A stretch of DNA of 64,000 nt from Octopus sinensis (GCF_006345805.1 NC_042997.1:108748001-108812000), one strand, 5' to 3'. Numbered from the stretch's first letter, positions 13,759 to 27,637 are shown. Notes: generated by a model not told the origin, from the letters alone. Program-made: numbers and translations.

Positions 13759-14512
13759 TTTGTATATATAAAAGCACGCAGACACACATATGCGCGTATA
13801 TATTTTGTATTTATGTTTTGTGTGATTGTGTATATTTAGGATTGGCCATGCATACACATATACAAAAATGCGCATATGCACATACACACACACAGATTGA
13901 CGGACACACGTACATACACGCACACACAAAAACACATAGATACACACACACACACGATTCTTATATACCTACTGCGTTAACTTCTACCAAGTTTTACAAA
14001 CCTTTTCCTATTTTTTATTTCTTTATTTCTTTTTTCTATTTTTCTATTTTCTGTTGTATCTCGGGAGGATCATTTTGCCAATAATATACACACACTGGGT
14101 CAATTCCACGTCTTTTATGATTATTAGTCAATTAGTTAACCATTTAATCAATGACATGCCCCCTCTGCTCTGTCTACTCCAGATCTGTCTTACAAACCAA
14201 ATACAAAAAACAAATATTTTTCTATTCATATATTTATATAAAACAGTTATCCTCTACATAGATACAGATATATGTATGCTAACATATATGCACCCGCGCA
14301 TGCGCACAAGTTATTGTCTATTAATGTGTTTGTATGTATGTCTATGCGTATGTGTCTCCTGTAATGAATATCTGTTCATTCTTGCATGAATCGTTTGAAC
14401 CTATATTCGCATATGCGAGCGCCTGTGTACTTGTCAGTTTTCTTCTATGCATGTGTGTGTCTGTGGTTCACTTAGTGCAAGTGTGCATTTGTAACGATTA
14501 AATAAGCCTCGC

Positions 14513-14571
<59 letters not shown>

Positions 14572-14599
14572 TATGTATATATATGTGTTTGTGTATATA

Positions 14600-14644
<45 letters not shown>

Positions 14645-14675
14645 GTCTGTTTGTGTGTGTGTATATATTTATTTA

Positions 14676-14708
<33 letters not shown>

Positions 14709-15536
14709 TTGGACAACATTTGTCATATACTATATTTATGTTTGTGTATTAGTTGGTCGTTGTTTATCAGAATAATATCTCTGATTTATCAGTCAGCCAA
14801 AATATTTACGATCCAGACGCTGTGACTAATATTTTCCTTCTTTCTCTACCCACCTCTCTCTCTCTCTTTTCTTAATCTTCTCTTTCTCACCTTGGCATCC
14901 CTCCGATCACCGTCTCGTCTTTACAACCGTTACATTTCATGAAGACACCTATACGCCCTCCACCCGCCGCACATCACCACAGCCGCCAGCGCCACCACTA
15001 TCCCCATAGATCTCATTCAACATGGCCGCTCGTTATTTCACCTGCTCTCTTCTCTGCCAGCTTCTTTTCTCCATGTCTGCACATTTACGTCAACAATCTT
15101 TGAAAGTTTCCATCACCTTGGCCGCTTTGCTTCGATGTTCAATTCAATTCCCAATAAATGTTGCACAACACTGCACAACACTGCACATTACAAAATATGG
15201 CGGTGAGTCACCATTGAATCGCCCGATATTTGCAGACAAGGCAAGTCTGTTGATCCTGCAGTATCTTTCGCACCTCCAAATCAAATGAGTTCACCGCTCC
15301 CATGAGCTTTTCAATCAGTAACGGCTTTATCCATACAACAACTAAATAAGCCAACAGACTCCATTAAGAAGTGTTCATTGCCGCTGTCAGCTCATAATGC
15401 ATGACGGACTTTTAAGACGCTTCGTATTTGACAAAAAAGAAAGGAAACCATCTTAAAAGTTTGATAAGAGGTGTTGTATATAAGTATTTGTGTGTGTGTG
15501 TCTGTGTGTATTTACATACATAATATTATATATAAA

Positions 15537-15567
<31 letters not shown>

Positions 15568-15856
15568 TATGGAGATATATATGTCTAAGCATATGTATTT
15601 ATATATACATATGTATATAACATTGAAGTTATTAAATGCTTATTGATGGAAGATGATAGATCGTGCATTTATACATACACTAAGTGACTCACATATGTAT
15701 CATGGTGTCTACCTACCTGTCTGTCTGCCTGCCTGCCTATCTACATATGTGCACACACACACACACACATATGTCTATACACCTACAGAAATATACACAC
15801 AACCCTTCTCTCACCCACTGGATATTTATAACGAGGGACAAATTGATAGATAGATA

Positions 15857-15900
<44 letters not shown>

Positions 15901-16077
15901 GGGAGGCAGAGGGAGGGAGAGGTACAGAGAGAGAGAGAGAGGCAGAGGGAGGGAGAGGTACAGAGAGAGAGAGAGTAAAGTGAGAGAGAAAGAGGAAGAC
16001 GGGTGTTGATTAGAAATACACACGTATAATATGAATGCAGCCAGGCTTGTCTATCCGGGTATATTCATGGCTGCGTA

Positions 16078-16168
<91 letters not shown>

Positions 16169-16950
16169 GCACACACATGTACACACAGAGCTTACGTAAA
16201 AGAATATCAGTGTATCGGTTATGTCTTTAGAATTTCTTTCGTTTCCTTTCCCATCATTTATGAGTTTATGCATGTGTAAAGATTTGTAATTGGAACAGAA
16301 GACTTCGTAGGGGTTGGGTTGTGACAAGCCGTGTCTAAGCAGAGCAGCAGGTAGTGTCCTATGTATAAGGGTGGCGATGGAAGCGAATAGTAATGCGATG
16401 TGGTGGAGGGTAACAGGCAGATATTGCAACAATAAACAACTAAATATGATACGAGATAAACATAATCCAGTTAAAAGTGACGGAATGGCGTTCTCTCCTT
16501 ATTTGTTTTTTATGTACAGTTTACACCTTATATTAGTCATATTGTTAACCTCAACCCTCAGCCTCCTTGAAGCAGACTTATGACTAAAAGCAGTCTAGGC
16601 GTGACCAATCTGTCTCATTTTACTATGATAATATATTTAGATTTGCATTATCGTATGAATATTCCCTTCCATAATGTTAAAAAAAACTGGTGCGGTGTGA
16701 TTTGAGAAAGATTTGGCTGTTAATTTTACCCGGTCGAGTGACCACAGAAAGGCTATCCCGTTGGTGTGTATTACACATTATAGATAATCATGGTGGCGCT
16801 GTTGGTGGTAAATTCCGTAGAGTGGCGAGATGAATGAGTCATCTCTGTGATATGGGTTCGATTTAAGGCTGTCATCATTTCACGGATATCACGAGGATCT
16901 TTGAGAAAGGCACGGATTTAAACTGTTTCTTATTTCTGGTTCCCTCTTAA

Positions 16951-17339
16951 TCTCTCTCTATATAAAGCTGAAGTTGTCTGTGTATGGCAGGTTTGGTAAC
17001 CTTCAACTTACACTATCTCCTCCGAGACCCTGCGGTGCATGTTGACCAAAATTGAGAGTATGGTAGAAGGCTTGCTCTCCCTTCCGTAGAAGAAAAAATT
17101 CAAATCGGACCATGTTAACACCAAAAATTATTTACATCAAAAAGGTGCTTTTTTTCTATGAAAATCCCTATTTTTTACGATTTTTTGATTGCTGTGTCGC
17201 CATTTTTCGGTGTATTTCAACCAGAAAAATGTTCACTTAAAGAGAATAAAAAGCTACATAATGCAAAATTTTTACTTTTCAAAAATTCCAATTCTAAAGG
17301 GTCGAAACAAACCCGAGCAACGCCGGGCGATACTGCTAG
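16951..17339 (+). mobile_element. Non-autonomous Helitron
   Basis: 5' TC, subterminal hairpin cccgagcaacgccggg, 3' CTAG, inserted between A and T. Second copy at 55784-56174. Confidence 0.85.
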
Positions 17340-17557
17340 TATCAAAAAATGTTTGGTGTTCTGTAATTAATGAACATTGAAGTGGAATGACTTTCGAATA
17401 TGTTCAAATACTCGCATAGATTCAGTGCTGTATATTTAGACGAGGTAGATCTGTTTCTGTGAACATTTATTAAAGGAGGCTCATAAACATATGACTAATA
17501 CAGCCATTGAACTCACACCTCACCAGATGTCAGCCGTTTAGCATGCCTAAGGCATAT

Positions 17558-17780
17558 AGTCTTTCGTTACCAACCCGGCTGAAACTGGCTGTGGCTCTGA
17601 GTACAAATGTCTTGTTTTCATAAGTTTTGAATTAATATCTTCCACCAAACCTTAGTCACAGTCTATGTTCCTAACACTAGCTGAAAGATAACTAAGTTAT
17701 TTTACTAAATTCTTTGTTATATTTTAAGTAATTGAAGAAAACAGAGCATCTCAAAATGAATACAGTAACGAAAGGGTTAA
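17558..17780. mobile_element. MITE with piggyBac-like terminus
   Basis: TIR ctttcgttac / gtaacgaaaggg followed by TTAA; left end decayed. Confidence 0.65.
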
Positions 17781-18508
17781 ACAAAATACTAACTTCTACT
17801 TTATCCGCCATTGTGTCTCCTATCTATAAACCCGTGTTGGTGTTATATGTTTCAGCTTCCATGAACCGGGAAGGGGGTCTTGTGGGTTCAAACCACGTCT
17901 AAAACATTGCTACACCTTACTGGTCAACTTACTGAACTAGAGAAATGAGAAAGTCTACACGTTGACGCTCCACCTGCTAAATATAGCAGTCAAATCCCGT
18001 CCAGCCCTACCAAACCGTCTTAATAAAGGCACACGTGAGCCGCTGTAGATCTGCATATATCGAGGAAGATGGAATGGTCACAGATGGAATTCGTTTGATC
18101 ATAGAACTCTTGAATTAGTGCTGATCTGCAAGTTAAACAACCGTAGGAAGAGTAGCAGCTTATTGAACTCTACATGCCTCGATCGATCGACACTAATTGG
18201 TATGATCGATTGAGATTACACAGAAAGACTTTTGACTTTAATTAGCCCAATAGGTTGATACTAATTACCAAGACCAGTTGAAACTAGTTTGCAAGACAAG
18301 TTGCTACTAGTTAGAAACAGCAGCTCAGTCGAGAAACATCTTGCTCGCGGAACACGCACCGCTGAGGATTTCTACAGGTTTTAAGAGCGAAAAGAGAAAT
18401 TTAGGATGATAATAATGGCAATGTTTACATAAAGGGAGCATCATTCATTGAGCTAAACTTTGTATATAATATTACAGTTATTTCTATATATTACTGTTTC
18501 TGTTGTTG

Positions 18509-18585
<77 letters not shown>

Positions 18586-19198
18586 TAATCCTAGGTAATC
18601 TCTGATCAAGCAGTAAAAATTAAAATAGAATTAGGGCAAAAATATTGACATCATCCTTTTATATAAATAATTCCGGGTCATTCATCCTGCGCACTGCAAA
18701 AAGATCTAACAAAATTATGCAATTATGTTAGAGGCTTGCTAAATAGAAAAAAACCGTAGTGTATGTTGAAGATAATAGAATAAAATTATTTTAAAACTGG
18801 CCAGAATTGCAAACGGATTAAAATCTGAAGGGATAACGTCAGTGAAAATGGAAGTGGATTGTTAGCAATTCAAACTCAAAGAGAATAACAATTTAGAAAG
18901 TTCAGGAAAACAAACTGACCTACGAATTAACTAATCATAAAAACGACAATTTAGAGATGTTGCGTAATTAAGAAAAATGTAAGAGAATAACAGAATAACA
19001 GAAGTTAGTAGTGTCAGAGCAGTGTCAACAGACATGAACAGAATAACAATTTCTTGGTGGTGGTGGTGGTGGTGGGGGGGAAAGACCCTGGGGATAATAA
19101 TGAATCAAACAGTAGAAACTGATGAATTGAGAAATAGAATGCGACAATAATATAAATACATGGCGTAGTGAGCTGTCACTTCCGCTTCTTCGCTGTAC

Positions 19199-19289
<91 letters not shown>

Positions 19290-19293
<4 letters not shown>

Positions 19294-20184
19294 CTTTTCG
19301 ATTCATTAAAGCGGATCTTTTCTTCTTCAAAGCTTGGTTCAAACACTCTAATTGCTGACAGTAGACTTGAGCATTGATTGTTGCATTAGGTGGTAACAGT
19401 TCAAAGTGAATTACTCCTTTGCAATCCCACCAGATAGAGAGAAGAACCTTTTTTCCATGAAGTTCCTTTCTTGGTTGTGGTTGATCTTTTTCCCTTTTGC
19501 CAAGCCACTGTTTACGACGTTTAACATTTCGATAGATCCATTTTTCGTCACCAGTCACAAGTCTATCCAAAAAGGGTGAAATGAGTTCGCGAGAATGGAG
19601 AGAAGAGCAGATGTCAACTCGAGATTTGCGGTTGCTTTCGATCAATTCATGAGACAGCCATTTTCCAAGTTTAGGAACCTTTCCAAGTTGTTGAAGATGA
19701 CGATGAACAGATGTATGGTTTGAACTTAGCTTTATTGCTAATTCTTCAACTGATAGTGCAGAATGTTCACAAGTAATGCCTCAAGGAGCTCATCAAACTC
19801 AGCTGGACGTCCTGTTCAATCTCCATCTTTAAGGCTGAAATCTCCACTTCTGAATTTTGCAAACCATCTTCTGCAAGTTCTTTCATTCAAGCATTCTTTC
19901 CCATAAACCGAGTGCATGTTTCGAGTCGCTTCGGCTGCAGTTTCCTATTTTGTACTCATAAAGTATTATGTGCTTTAAATGCTCTTTGGATACTTCCATG
20001 TTAGAAAGGGTTTTAATCAAAGAAATATAAATTCTATTATTCTGTAAAATAATATTGAATTAGTTTAAATGTACACAAATGCATAAAAATAATTCTTAAT
20101 TTCATTAGACATTCTAAAATACTATTAAATTTCATTCAATTTAAAAAAAAAGTAAAATCGGACAGAACTTATGGGATGACCTGA
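19290..20184 (-). mobile_element. Mariner transposon, 3'-truncated, frameshifted
   Basis: TIR tcaggtcatcccataag preceded by TA; ATG at 19999 (MEVSKEHLKHIILYEYK); WLSHEL, LVTGDEKWI, WWDCKGVIHFELL; stops at a (CTAT)n tract. Confidence 0.9.
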
Positions 20185-20803
20185 TACTATATTTTATTAT
20201 TATATACACGCACACACACACACACACACAAGCGCGCACTCGCGCTCACACACATATATGAACTCTAGATATTAATATTATTTCTCAAGTAGACCCTCAA
20301 ATAGACCCGCAATACGTTCCTCAGATTCCAGATTTTACTCACAGCAGAGTAACTGAGATCTTTGAAATGATTATTTCCTTTGCTTCTGACTAAACCGCCA
20401 AACATTTTTCGTATGTTCTATAAGTACGGTTTTCCTCTCCACCGATAAAAGTATTTAATTCTTGCTCGGTAAAGAGATTTTAGATGAAATACGTGATGGA
20501 ATTAAGAAAAAGTTTGGTGAGGGATGTGCTCCGGCATGACTGAAATCCCGAAGGCAAGCAGTATGTAACCACGACACCCCTATGACTCTATCATGGACTT
20601 AACGACTCATGGCATGACATATAAATACAAACATAAAAGCGCACAGGCAAGTCTTCTTGTAACTACGTCGGTTCGCATTCTGGCCCACTGCACAGCACGT
20701 TGTGACAAGTACCCTATTCAATAAGCTCGGGTAGACGAATGGCTTGTGAGTGATTTTGGTAGAAGGAAACCCGTCACACACACATATATATATATATATA
20801 TAT

Positions 20804-21230
20804 TTCATATAAAATTAGTGTACATTTATACACAAAAGAGGTGATTCTTACAGGACACCATACATGATAAAAGAAGCAGTCAAAGCCCAAACTTTTGAAG
20901 GAAGTCGACAAATATATTTTTATTTCCTACCGACTATATCTGCGCTTGCGCGGTGGATTTGAAAATTTATAATGTATAAAGATGAGACATGTGCTGTCTC
21001 ATAATTATACGTTAATTATGCTGATGAAGAACACGGATAGCAAATTATTTTACTTGTTCATTAATGTTCGAAACCTAGGTACAAGTGGTAACTGTTGAAA
21101 ATGTTTTTATTTTTCATCCCCTTCGAAATTACTCTTAAACGTGGTTTGGGCTTTGACTGCTCTTTTAGATGTAAGATGTCCTGTTATGGTAACCTCTTTT
21201 GTGTATAAATGTATAATAATTTTATATGAA
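20804..21230 (+). mobile_element. Non-coding inverted-arm cassette with internal hammerhead
   Basis: Arms 20804-20892 and 21144-21230 are imperfect reverse complements; HHR core at 21021-21081. Confidence 0.7.
21016..21085 (+). ncRNA. Hammerhead ribozyme, type I
   Basis: CUGAUGA-A-GAACA...UGUUC-GAAAC-CUAG-GUA; intact core and palindromic loop 3, weak stem I. Confidence 0.75.
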
Positions 21231-21324
21231 AAAATAAGTTGTCTATTGACTATTTTATGTATGCTGGGCCCTGGTAGAAAATTTCCCTAATTTTTATACC
21301 CTATATATATTTTCTTAATATATA

Positions 21325-22612
21325 TTGAGTTGGCAACTAAGTTCCCACCGTTTTTTTAAATTTAATTTTTTAAAAAGGTTTAATAAAAGATAACTAATTA
21401 ATCAATAATGTATTCACCCTTGTTGTTTACAACTTCTCCCCAATGTTCAACAAGATTTTCAATAACTCGTTGTTTGTTAGAAATCACCCAATTTCGACTC
21501 GAAAAATTGATCCAAACAAGCTCCCAATTCTACATCAGTATTGAACGAAATTCCGCGCGTAGCATTTAAAAGAGATCGAAAGAAGTGGAAATCCGTTGGT
21601 GCCAAATCAGGAGAGTACGGCGGGTGTGGCAGCACTTTCCAGCCATGCGTTTGAATGGCTTCCTTGGTCATATTGGCGATACGAGGGCGGGCTTTGTCGT
21701 GCAGCAGAAGAACTCCATGCTGACGATTAGGTCTTTTCTCTTGAATAGCCGTGTTGAGTCGTTCCATCTGTTGAACATAGAGTTCCGCGTTGGCCGCTTG
21801 GTTCCGTTGAAGCAATTCGTAATGGATAATCCTTTTCCAGTCCCACCATACGCAGAACATCGTTTTACGCGGATGAAGATCTTGTTTCACGCGCAGTGTC
21901 GCTTGTTTACCGGGGCTAAGCCATTCCTTACGCTGCTTCATATTGATGTGCAGACACCATTTTTCGTCGCCAGTAACGATTCGGTAAAGAAATCGTTGCT
22001 TGTGTCCATGAGTTGAGTGGTGACGAGCAAGAAAACCAGCGGAGATTGTGGCTTGTTGATTTTTGTTGTTGTTACTTAAAGTATGCAGAACCCATGCTCC
22101 ATACTTCTGTACCTTTCCCATCGAGTGAAGATGCTTCTCTATAGCAGTGTGGGAGTATTCCATTTTCTATGCCAGTTCCCTTATCGTTTGACGAGAATTT
22201 TCGTGCAAAAGTTGGTTTAATCGCTCTTCATCGAACTCAACTAGACGGACAGAACGAGGTGCGTCTTTGAGGTCAAAATTTCCATTTTTGAACATGGGAG
22301 ACCAATCACGAGCGGTTCTTTCAGCTATAGTACCATCTCCATACACAGCACAAATATCGCGAGCAGCTTTTGCGGCCTTAGAACCTTGATTAAAAGCAAA
22401 AAGGTGTCAAAAATGCTCGTTTTTCTTAACTTGATATTCCATTTTAATGATCTGAAAATAAACAAAAATTAACTAAAATTAACTAGGAAAAAAGAAACGA
22501 TTCCAAAATGATTCAAAAATAGAATTCTCGAGAAAAATAGATTCCAAAATTTAAAAACGGTATAAATTCCAAAATAAAAAAAAAAAACGGCGGGAACTTA
22601 GCTGCCAACTCA

Positions 22613-22613
<1 letters not shown>
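21325..22613 (-). mobile_element. Full-length (~1.29 kb) mariner transposon
   Basis: TIRs ttgagttggcaactaagttccc / gggaacttagctgccaactcaa, flanked by TA on both sides. Confidence 0.95.
21398..22442 (-). pseudogene. Mariner DD34D-type transposase with in-frame stops
   Basis: MEYQVKKNEHF*..., WVLHTL, VTGDEKW, LLHDKARP, HPPYSPDLAPTDFHFF. Confidence 0.92.
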
Positions 22614-22667
<54 letters not shown>

Positions 22668-23069
22668 GTGTGTGTGTGTGTGTCTGAGTGTGTGTGTTTG
22701 TATGTATCTATTTGTGTCTCAATTTTGGCACGTATATCTGTGTTTTTGTTTCTCGCCACTACTTGAGATGTGGTGTTGGTTTGCTTACGTCTCCGTAACT
22801 TAACGGTTTTGCTGAAAGTGACGATAGAATAAATGCCAGATATACGAATTGCATTCCAGAAGTTTTGAGACGTTTTTAGGCGAAGCGATTATAACTGTTC
22901 TAGATTGTTGTCATCTTAGTATATCAATATTATACTTCTAATAAGCTGACCTGCCACCTTCAGTAATTCCCGATTGAAGGAGACGGCTGTAACAGCCCTT
23001 TGAGCACACCCTACTAAACAATGCTTGCTACAGCTGACTAGTTTGCAGAATGCAGTCGGGACGCGAAGA

Positions 23070-23596
23070 CAATTGATGGAGCTGCTGCTAGTATGGTTTA
23101 CAGTTTTCTCTCTTTTCACAACCCTATAGCAACATTTATCCTGACCAAACTTCAACTTCTAAGACCTTTGAGAATGTGGTAACCAGGTCAAGGCTCTTTT
23201 TCATCTCGTGCATATTCTTTGCATATAGTTTCAAGTCATTCACAAAGAAACTGTGTAATTTTGGTATTTCTATTTCCTTGTGAAGCAGTGAGATATCCTT
23301 CAGACTTCCTTAAAATGAATGACAAGGGGTTTACAGAAAGTATAAACATCTTGGAGAGGCTGTCCCCTTGGAATATTCCTCTGCGATACTGTATTTTATC
23401 AGCGATAATACAATCACTCCTTGTATTTAATTTAAAGATTGTGGCCACGATGAAGTCAGGTCAGCTACGGTTTTGACTATGCTCACCGAAACTCGAAGGA
23501 ATTCTAGCATCCATGAGTGGGAGACAGAGTCAAAGGCTTTCTTGTAGTCTAGCCACATTGAAACTAGGTTCCTTCTATACTCCTGCACCTCTGACA
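23070..23596 (-). pseudogene. R4/Dong/NeSL-type reverse transcriptase fragment
   Basis: VWLDYKKAFDSVSHSW, RRGIFQGDSLS..FILSVNPLSF, KFGQDKC. Confidence 0.85.
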
Positions 23597-23699
23597 TGAG
23601 TTTGTTTGTATGTATGTATGTATGTATGTATGTATGTATGTATGTATGTATGTATGTATGTATGTATGTATGTATGTATGTGTGTGTGTTTGTATGTAT

Positions 23700-24730
23700 A
23701 GAACCGGTTTCTAACCTAGATCCAAGGTTCCTTCATTGGAATTTCAACATCAACAACAGGGTATTTTGTGTCTATAGTTACATACCTAGACATGCTCATA
23801 TATATTTAGATGATAAACTTCTGGAAAGTTTTACAGATTTTTACAGTTCCAGTGATGGATTGGATCTGTAGTCTTCGAATCAGCTTTCTCCTCTCTGGGT
23901 TTGAGAAGCCTAATTTCTCAAGATTGGCATTTAGGCAATGTGTTACATATATCAGGTCCCCAATAATTACAGATATAAATTGAACTTGTAAGCTGGATAG
24001 TGTAACTGCGGATTTTTCAGTAGTTTAGCGTAGCTATTTTCTTTTTCACTGATCTTCAGCTTTATGTTAGCATCCGCTGGACAGTTAATTTCCACAACTG
24101 TACACATCTTCTCTTGTCTGTCCTAAATCGTTATATCAGGTATGTTGTGTTTACATTTTATTGAGGTTCTCACAGAGACATTCCACCATTATTACTTTTT
24201 ATTGTGAGTGGCGATGGCTTCTACCATATTGTAGATTCTTATTTCTTTGTCATCGGGATTATCCTTCCGACGGATTTCATTATACAGTGCCCTAGATACA
24301 TCATGTCTCATCAGTAGATAATATCGTGATGACATTTTCGGGCAACTGCTTATGATGTGGGTGATATCTTCAGTGTGAACTCCACAAAATCTGTATCGGT
24401 CGTCACATCGTACTGCTTTTCCTGCATCTCTGTCCCTTTTGTGCATAAAATATTTGGTTGATATTTCTTGTTCTTGGATTGCAAACGCATACCCTTCAAA
24501 GTGGGCGGTAGTAATCCGGTTGTTGGTCCATGATAAACTGCTTTGATGATCGATGTCGTTATCATCTCGGAGCCTTCTACTAACATATCCATGCATAGTC
24601 TTCTGCTCATATAGGCTCATCCTTTCATTTGATGATACGTTGCGGTAGGGTTGTGCGACTTCTTTGGGCATGTATTCTAGATTATCAGACAAAGAATGTT
24701 GTTCAAGGAGCTGCCCTTCAAGTCTTATGA
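23700..24730 (-). mobile_element. R4/Dong/NeSL-type retrotransposon 3' part (zinc knuckle, restriction-like endonuclease, 3'UTR) between (TACA)n tracts
   Basis: FAIQEQEISTK, RFCGVHTEDITHIISSC, RHD, HNIPDITI..VVEINCP..EK, ending ITGTVKICKTFQKFII* at 23806; (TACA)n tail at 23597-23699. Confidence 0.88.
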
Positions 24731-25194
24731 TGTATGTGTGTATGTATATACATAAACAAACGGACATAGAAGTATTATCAATGTATACATGCATGTTTGT
24801 ATATGTGCATGTATATATATACATGTATATATATTTTTATGCATGTATTTATATGGAGAAAGGAAGAGAGAGAAAGCATGAGAAAGACTTGGTGTGTGTG
24901 CGCGTGTATGTGTATGTTCCCGTTTTAAGGTAAATAGGGTAAGCCTTTATAGTTGTAACTTAATCTCCTCAGGACCCGGATGTAGAGTTCCTTATCAAAA
25001 CTATTAAAGCATAAATATTATAAAATTACTGAAGGCCATACCCAGGGGGACCAGCTGCGCAAAAAGCATACAGCTAAGTTTGTGCTAAAATATTTAATGT
25101 AGTGAGAAAAAATTTAATTAGTTATAAATAGAAATTAACTATAAATATACACATAGCAATGAAATCGAGGAGGCAAGGAGTGCGTCTGCTGGGA

Positions 25195-25690
25195 GCACAC
25201 AGCGAATATGTATCGAGACATGAATGCTGAAATGCTGAGGAGAATAAGGCCAGGGTGGAAAGCCTTTGCCACGATAAAAGATGTGTTCAAAGCAAAGCTA
25301 CACAAGACCCTAAGCCCACTCTCTTCAACAGCACAGTCGTATCTGTGTTCTTATAGGCAAGTGAGACGTGGGCTACGATGCGAATGGCTGTGGAAATAGT
25401 CATGTTTGGAATATCCATGTAAGAGCATATACGAAATGAGATAATTTAAGAATGGAGCGGAGCGAAAGATGGGATTTGCAGAATAGCGAAAGTACGGGTT
25501 TCGTTGGGTCGGACAGGCGGACCCGTGTAGTTGCAGAGTGGTAGCCAAAAGATCGGAAAAGGAATCACAGACGACCTCCAAGTTAACTGAAGACGATTTA
25601 GTCTAATGATTTGGGCCAAAATCGAAAAGTGGGGCACAATCATGAAGTAGCTGGCAGCCCGTTGTGACCAGCGGTTTATAATAACATCTG
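25195..25690 (+). mobile_element. RTE-clade LINE 3' fragment, decayed
   Basis: EMLRRIRPGWKAF..IKDVFK, ASETW, RWVGQ, W*PKDRKRNHRRPP. Confidence 0.7.
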
Positions 25691-25799
25691 CTTGATACTA
25701 GATACATACATACATACATACATACATACATAGATACATACATACATACATACATACAAACATACATACATACATACATACACGCACACACACACACAC

Positions 25800-25831
<32 letters not shown>

Positions 25832-26059
25832 CATACACACAGACACATATATATACATACACACACACATATATATACAAATATACAGATATATATATAC
25901 AAACATATATGTATATATATATATACACACACATATTTATATATATATAAATTTGTTAAAAAGGAAAACAAACCTCAAGTCAAGACTTCTCAAGTCATAT
26001 ATGTTATTATTATTAAAAATAATTATATATATGACTTGAGAAGTCTTGACTTGAGGTTT

Positions 26060-26265
26060 GTATGTGACCTCGTGTGTACCGTTGGCGATTTTTTTCTTCT
26101 GTCTTCCCTTCTCTGGATCTTTCCTTCTCCTATGTTTCCGACGAAGAGCTCCGCTCGAAACGTTAAACCCTCCTTCTTTCCTTCTTTCCTGAGCATCCAA
26201 TAATACTATATTTGTTCCACGTCCTCGCGTTGGGTTTTTTTGTGCTTTCTTGTTTGGATTAACTT
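26060..26265 (+). mobile_element. PLE-type pLTR cassette with hammerhead
   Basis: Contains HHR at 26134-26168; its 3' part recurs inverted at 27245-27317. Confidence 0.65.
26134..26168 (+). ncRNA. Minimal hammerhead ribozyme motif
   Basis: guuu-CCGACGA-A-GAGC-ucc-GCUC-GAAAC-GUU-aaac; stem I guuu/aaac, palindrome AACGUU. Confidence 0.7.
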
Positions 26266-26717
26266 TAATAATAACATATATGACTTGAGAAGTATTGACT
26301 TGAGGTTTGTTTTCCTTTTTAACAAATTTATATATATATACATATGTGTGTGTATATATATATATATACATAAATGTATGTATATATATATATATATATC
26401 TGTATATTTGTATATATATATATGTGTGTGTATGTATATTTTAGAATTTTAAAGTATTGCAACTACTTCTGAGATATCCCCAAAACATGTGGAATATACC
26501 CTTAATCGGAGACAGATGGTGAGAAATTGAGAGGGTATAGAATATGGAAACGATGGAGAGATGTAGAAAAAAAAGAGAAAAAGGAAACTATATATAAAAT
26601 TTCACAGTTTAAGTTTCCGATAGATCAGGTGTTAATCCATGAGCCTTTAGGTACAATCCAATGTGGATCCAGGTAAGATAATATTCCTAATATTGTAGAT
26701 GTCTAGGAAGAATACTT

Positions 26718-26786
<69 letters not shown>

Positions 26787-26999
26787 TGATAAAATTAGAA
26801 ATAAAATTAGAAATAAAATTAGAAATAAGCCACAATCCTTCACAATCTATGATCCCAGTAAGTTTCATGCCTTCTTGGAAGTGTAGTATATTCTTAGCTA
26901 CAATAGCAACAACATAAATTTCTTCCATCTTCTTGCTCTGTTAAAGCATTTCAGTAAACTTATATTAATGTGTCCGACTGATTAAAATTCTATTTATTT

Positions 27000-27087
27000 G
27001 TGCAGCTGAAAATAGCACTACATTTAAAGTGATGTAATGATTGCACTGTTCAATTAAATGGAGCTGCCTGAAACGGTTGTACTGCAT
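27000..27087 (+). ncRNA. Hammerhead motif, paralogue of 2231-2320
   Basis: gugcag-CUGAAAA-uagca...ugccu-GAAAC-gguu-GUA-cugcau; stem I fully paired with a different sequence; G8 is replaced by A. Confidence 0.7.
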
Positions 27088-27637
27088 CACTTCTTGATAT
27101 CCTGTTGCTTATTTTGATTTTATTCACCTTACTTCGAGCTGTGCAGATAATAACGGACTGATTTGGTGCTTCAAATTAAGTACCTAATTCAACTGGTTTC
27201 TCAATTACTTATATATAATTACTTATATATATATATATATATATAGTTAATCCAAACAAGAAAGCACAAAAAAACACAACGCGAGGACGTGGAACAGATA
27301 TAGTATTATTGGACGCTATATATATATATCCATATTATACATACACACATTAGTCCAAGCGGATTAGGTCCTTAAATAGTAAGGTACCAAGGTCGGGTTA
27401 ATAAAATCGCCATCGCATACAAAACAAAATTAGATGAACATATACGTACATACCGAAGTAAAGATGGATTTATATTCCATCTGCATGTGCGATCACAGTC
27501 GTCCGATTGAATATACTACAAGTCTCAAGACAGCACCTAGGTACTAGCACTGCATTTAATAGACTCCAGATTCACCCCAGTTGCAGGTTCCATGTAAGGC
27601 CAATAATAAACAAATAACAACAGATGGATAGTGTTTC

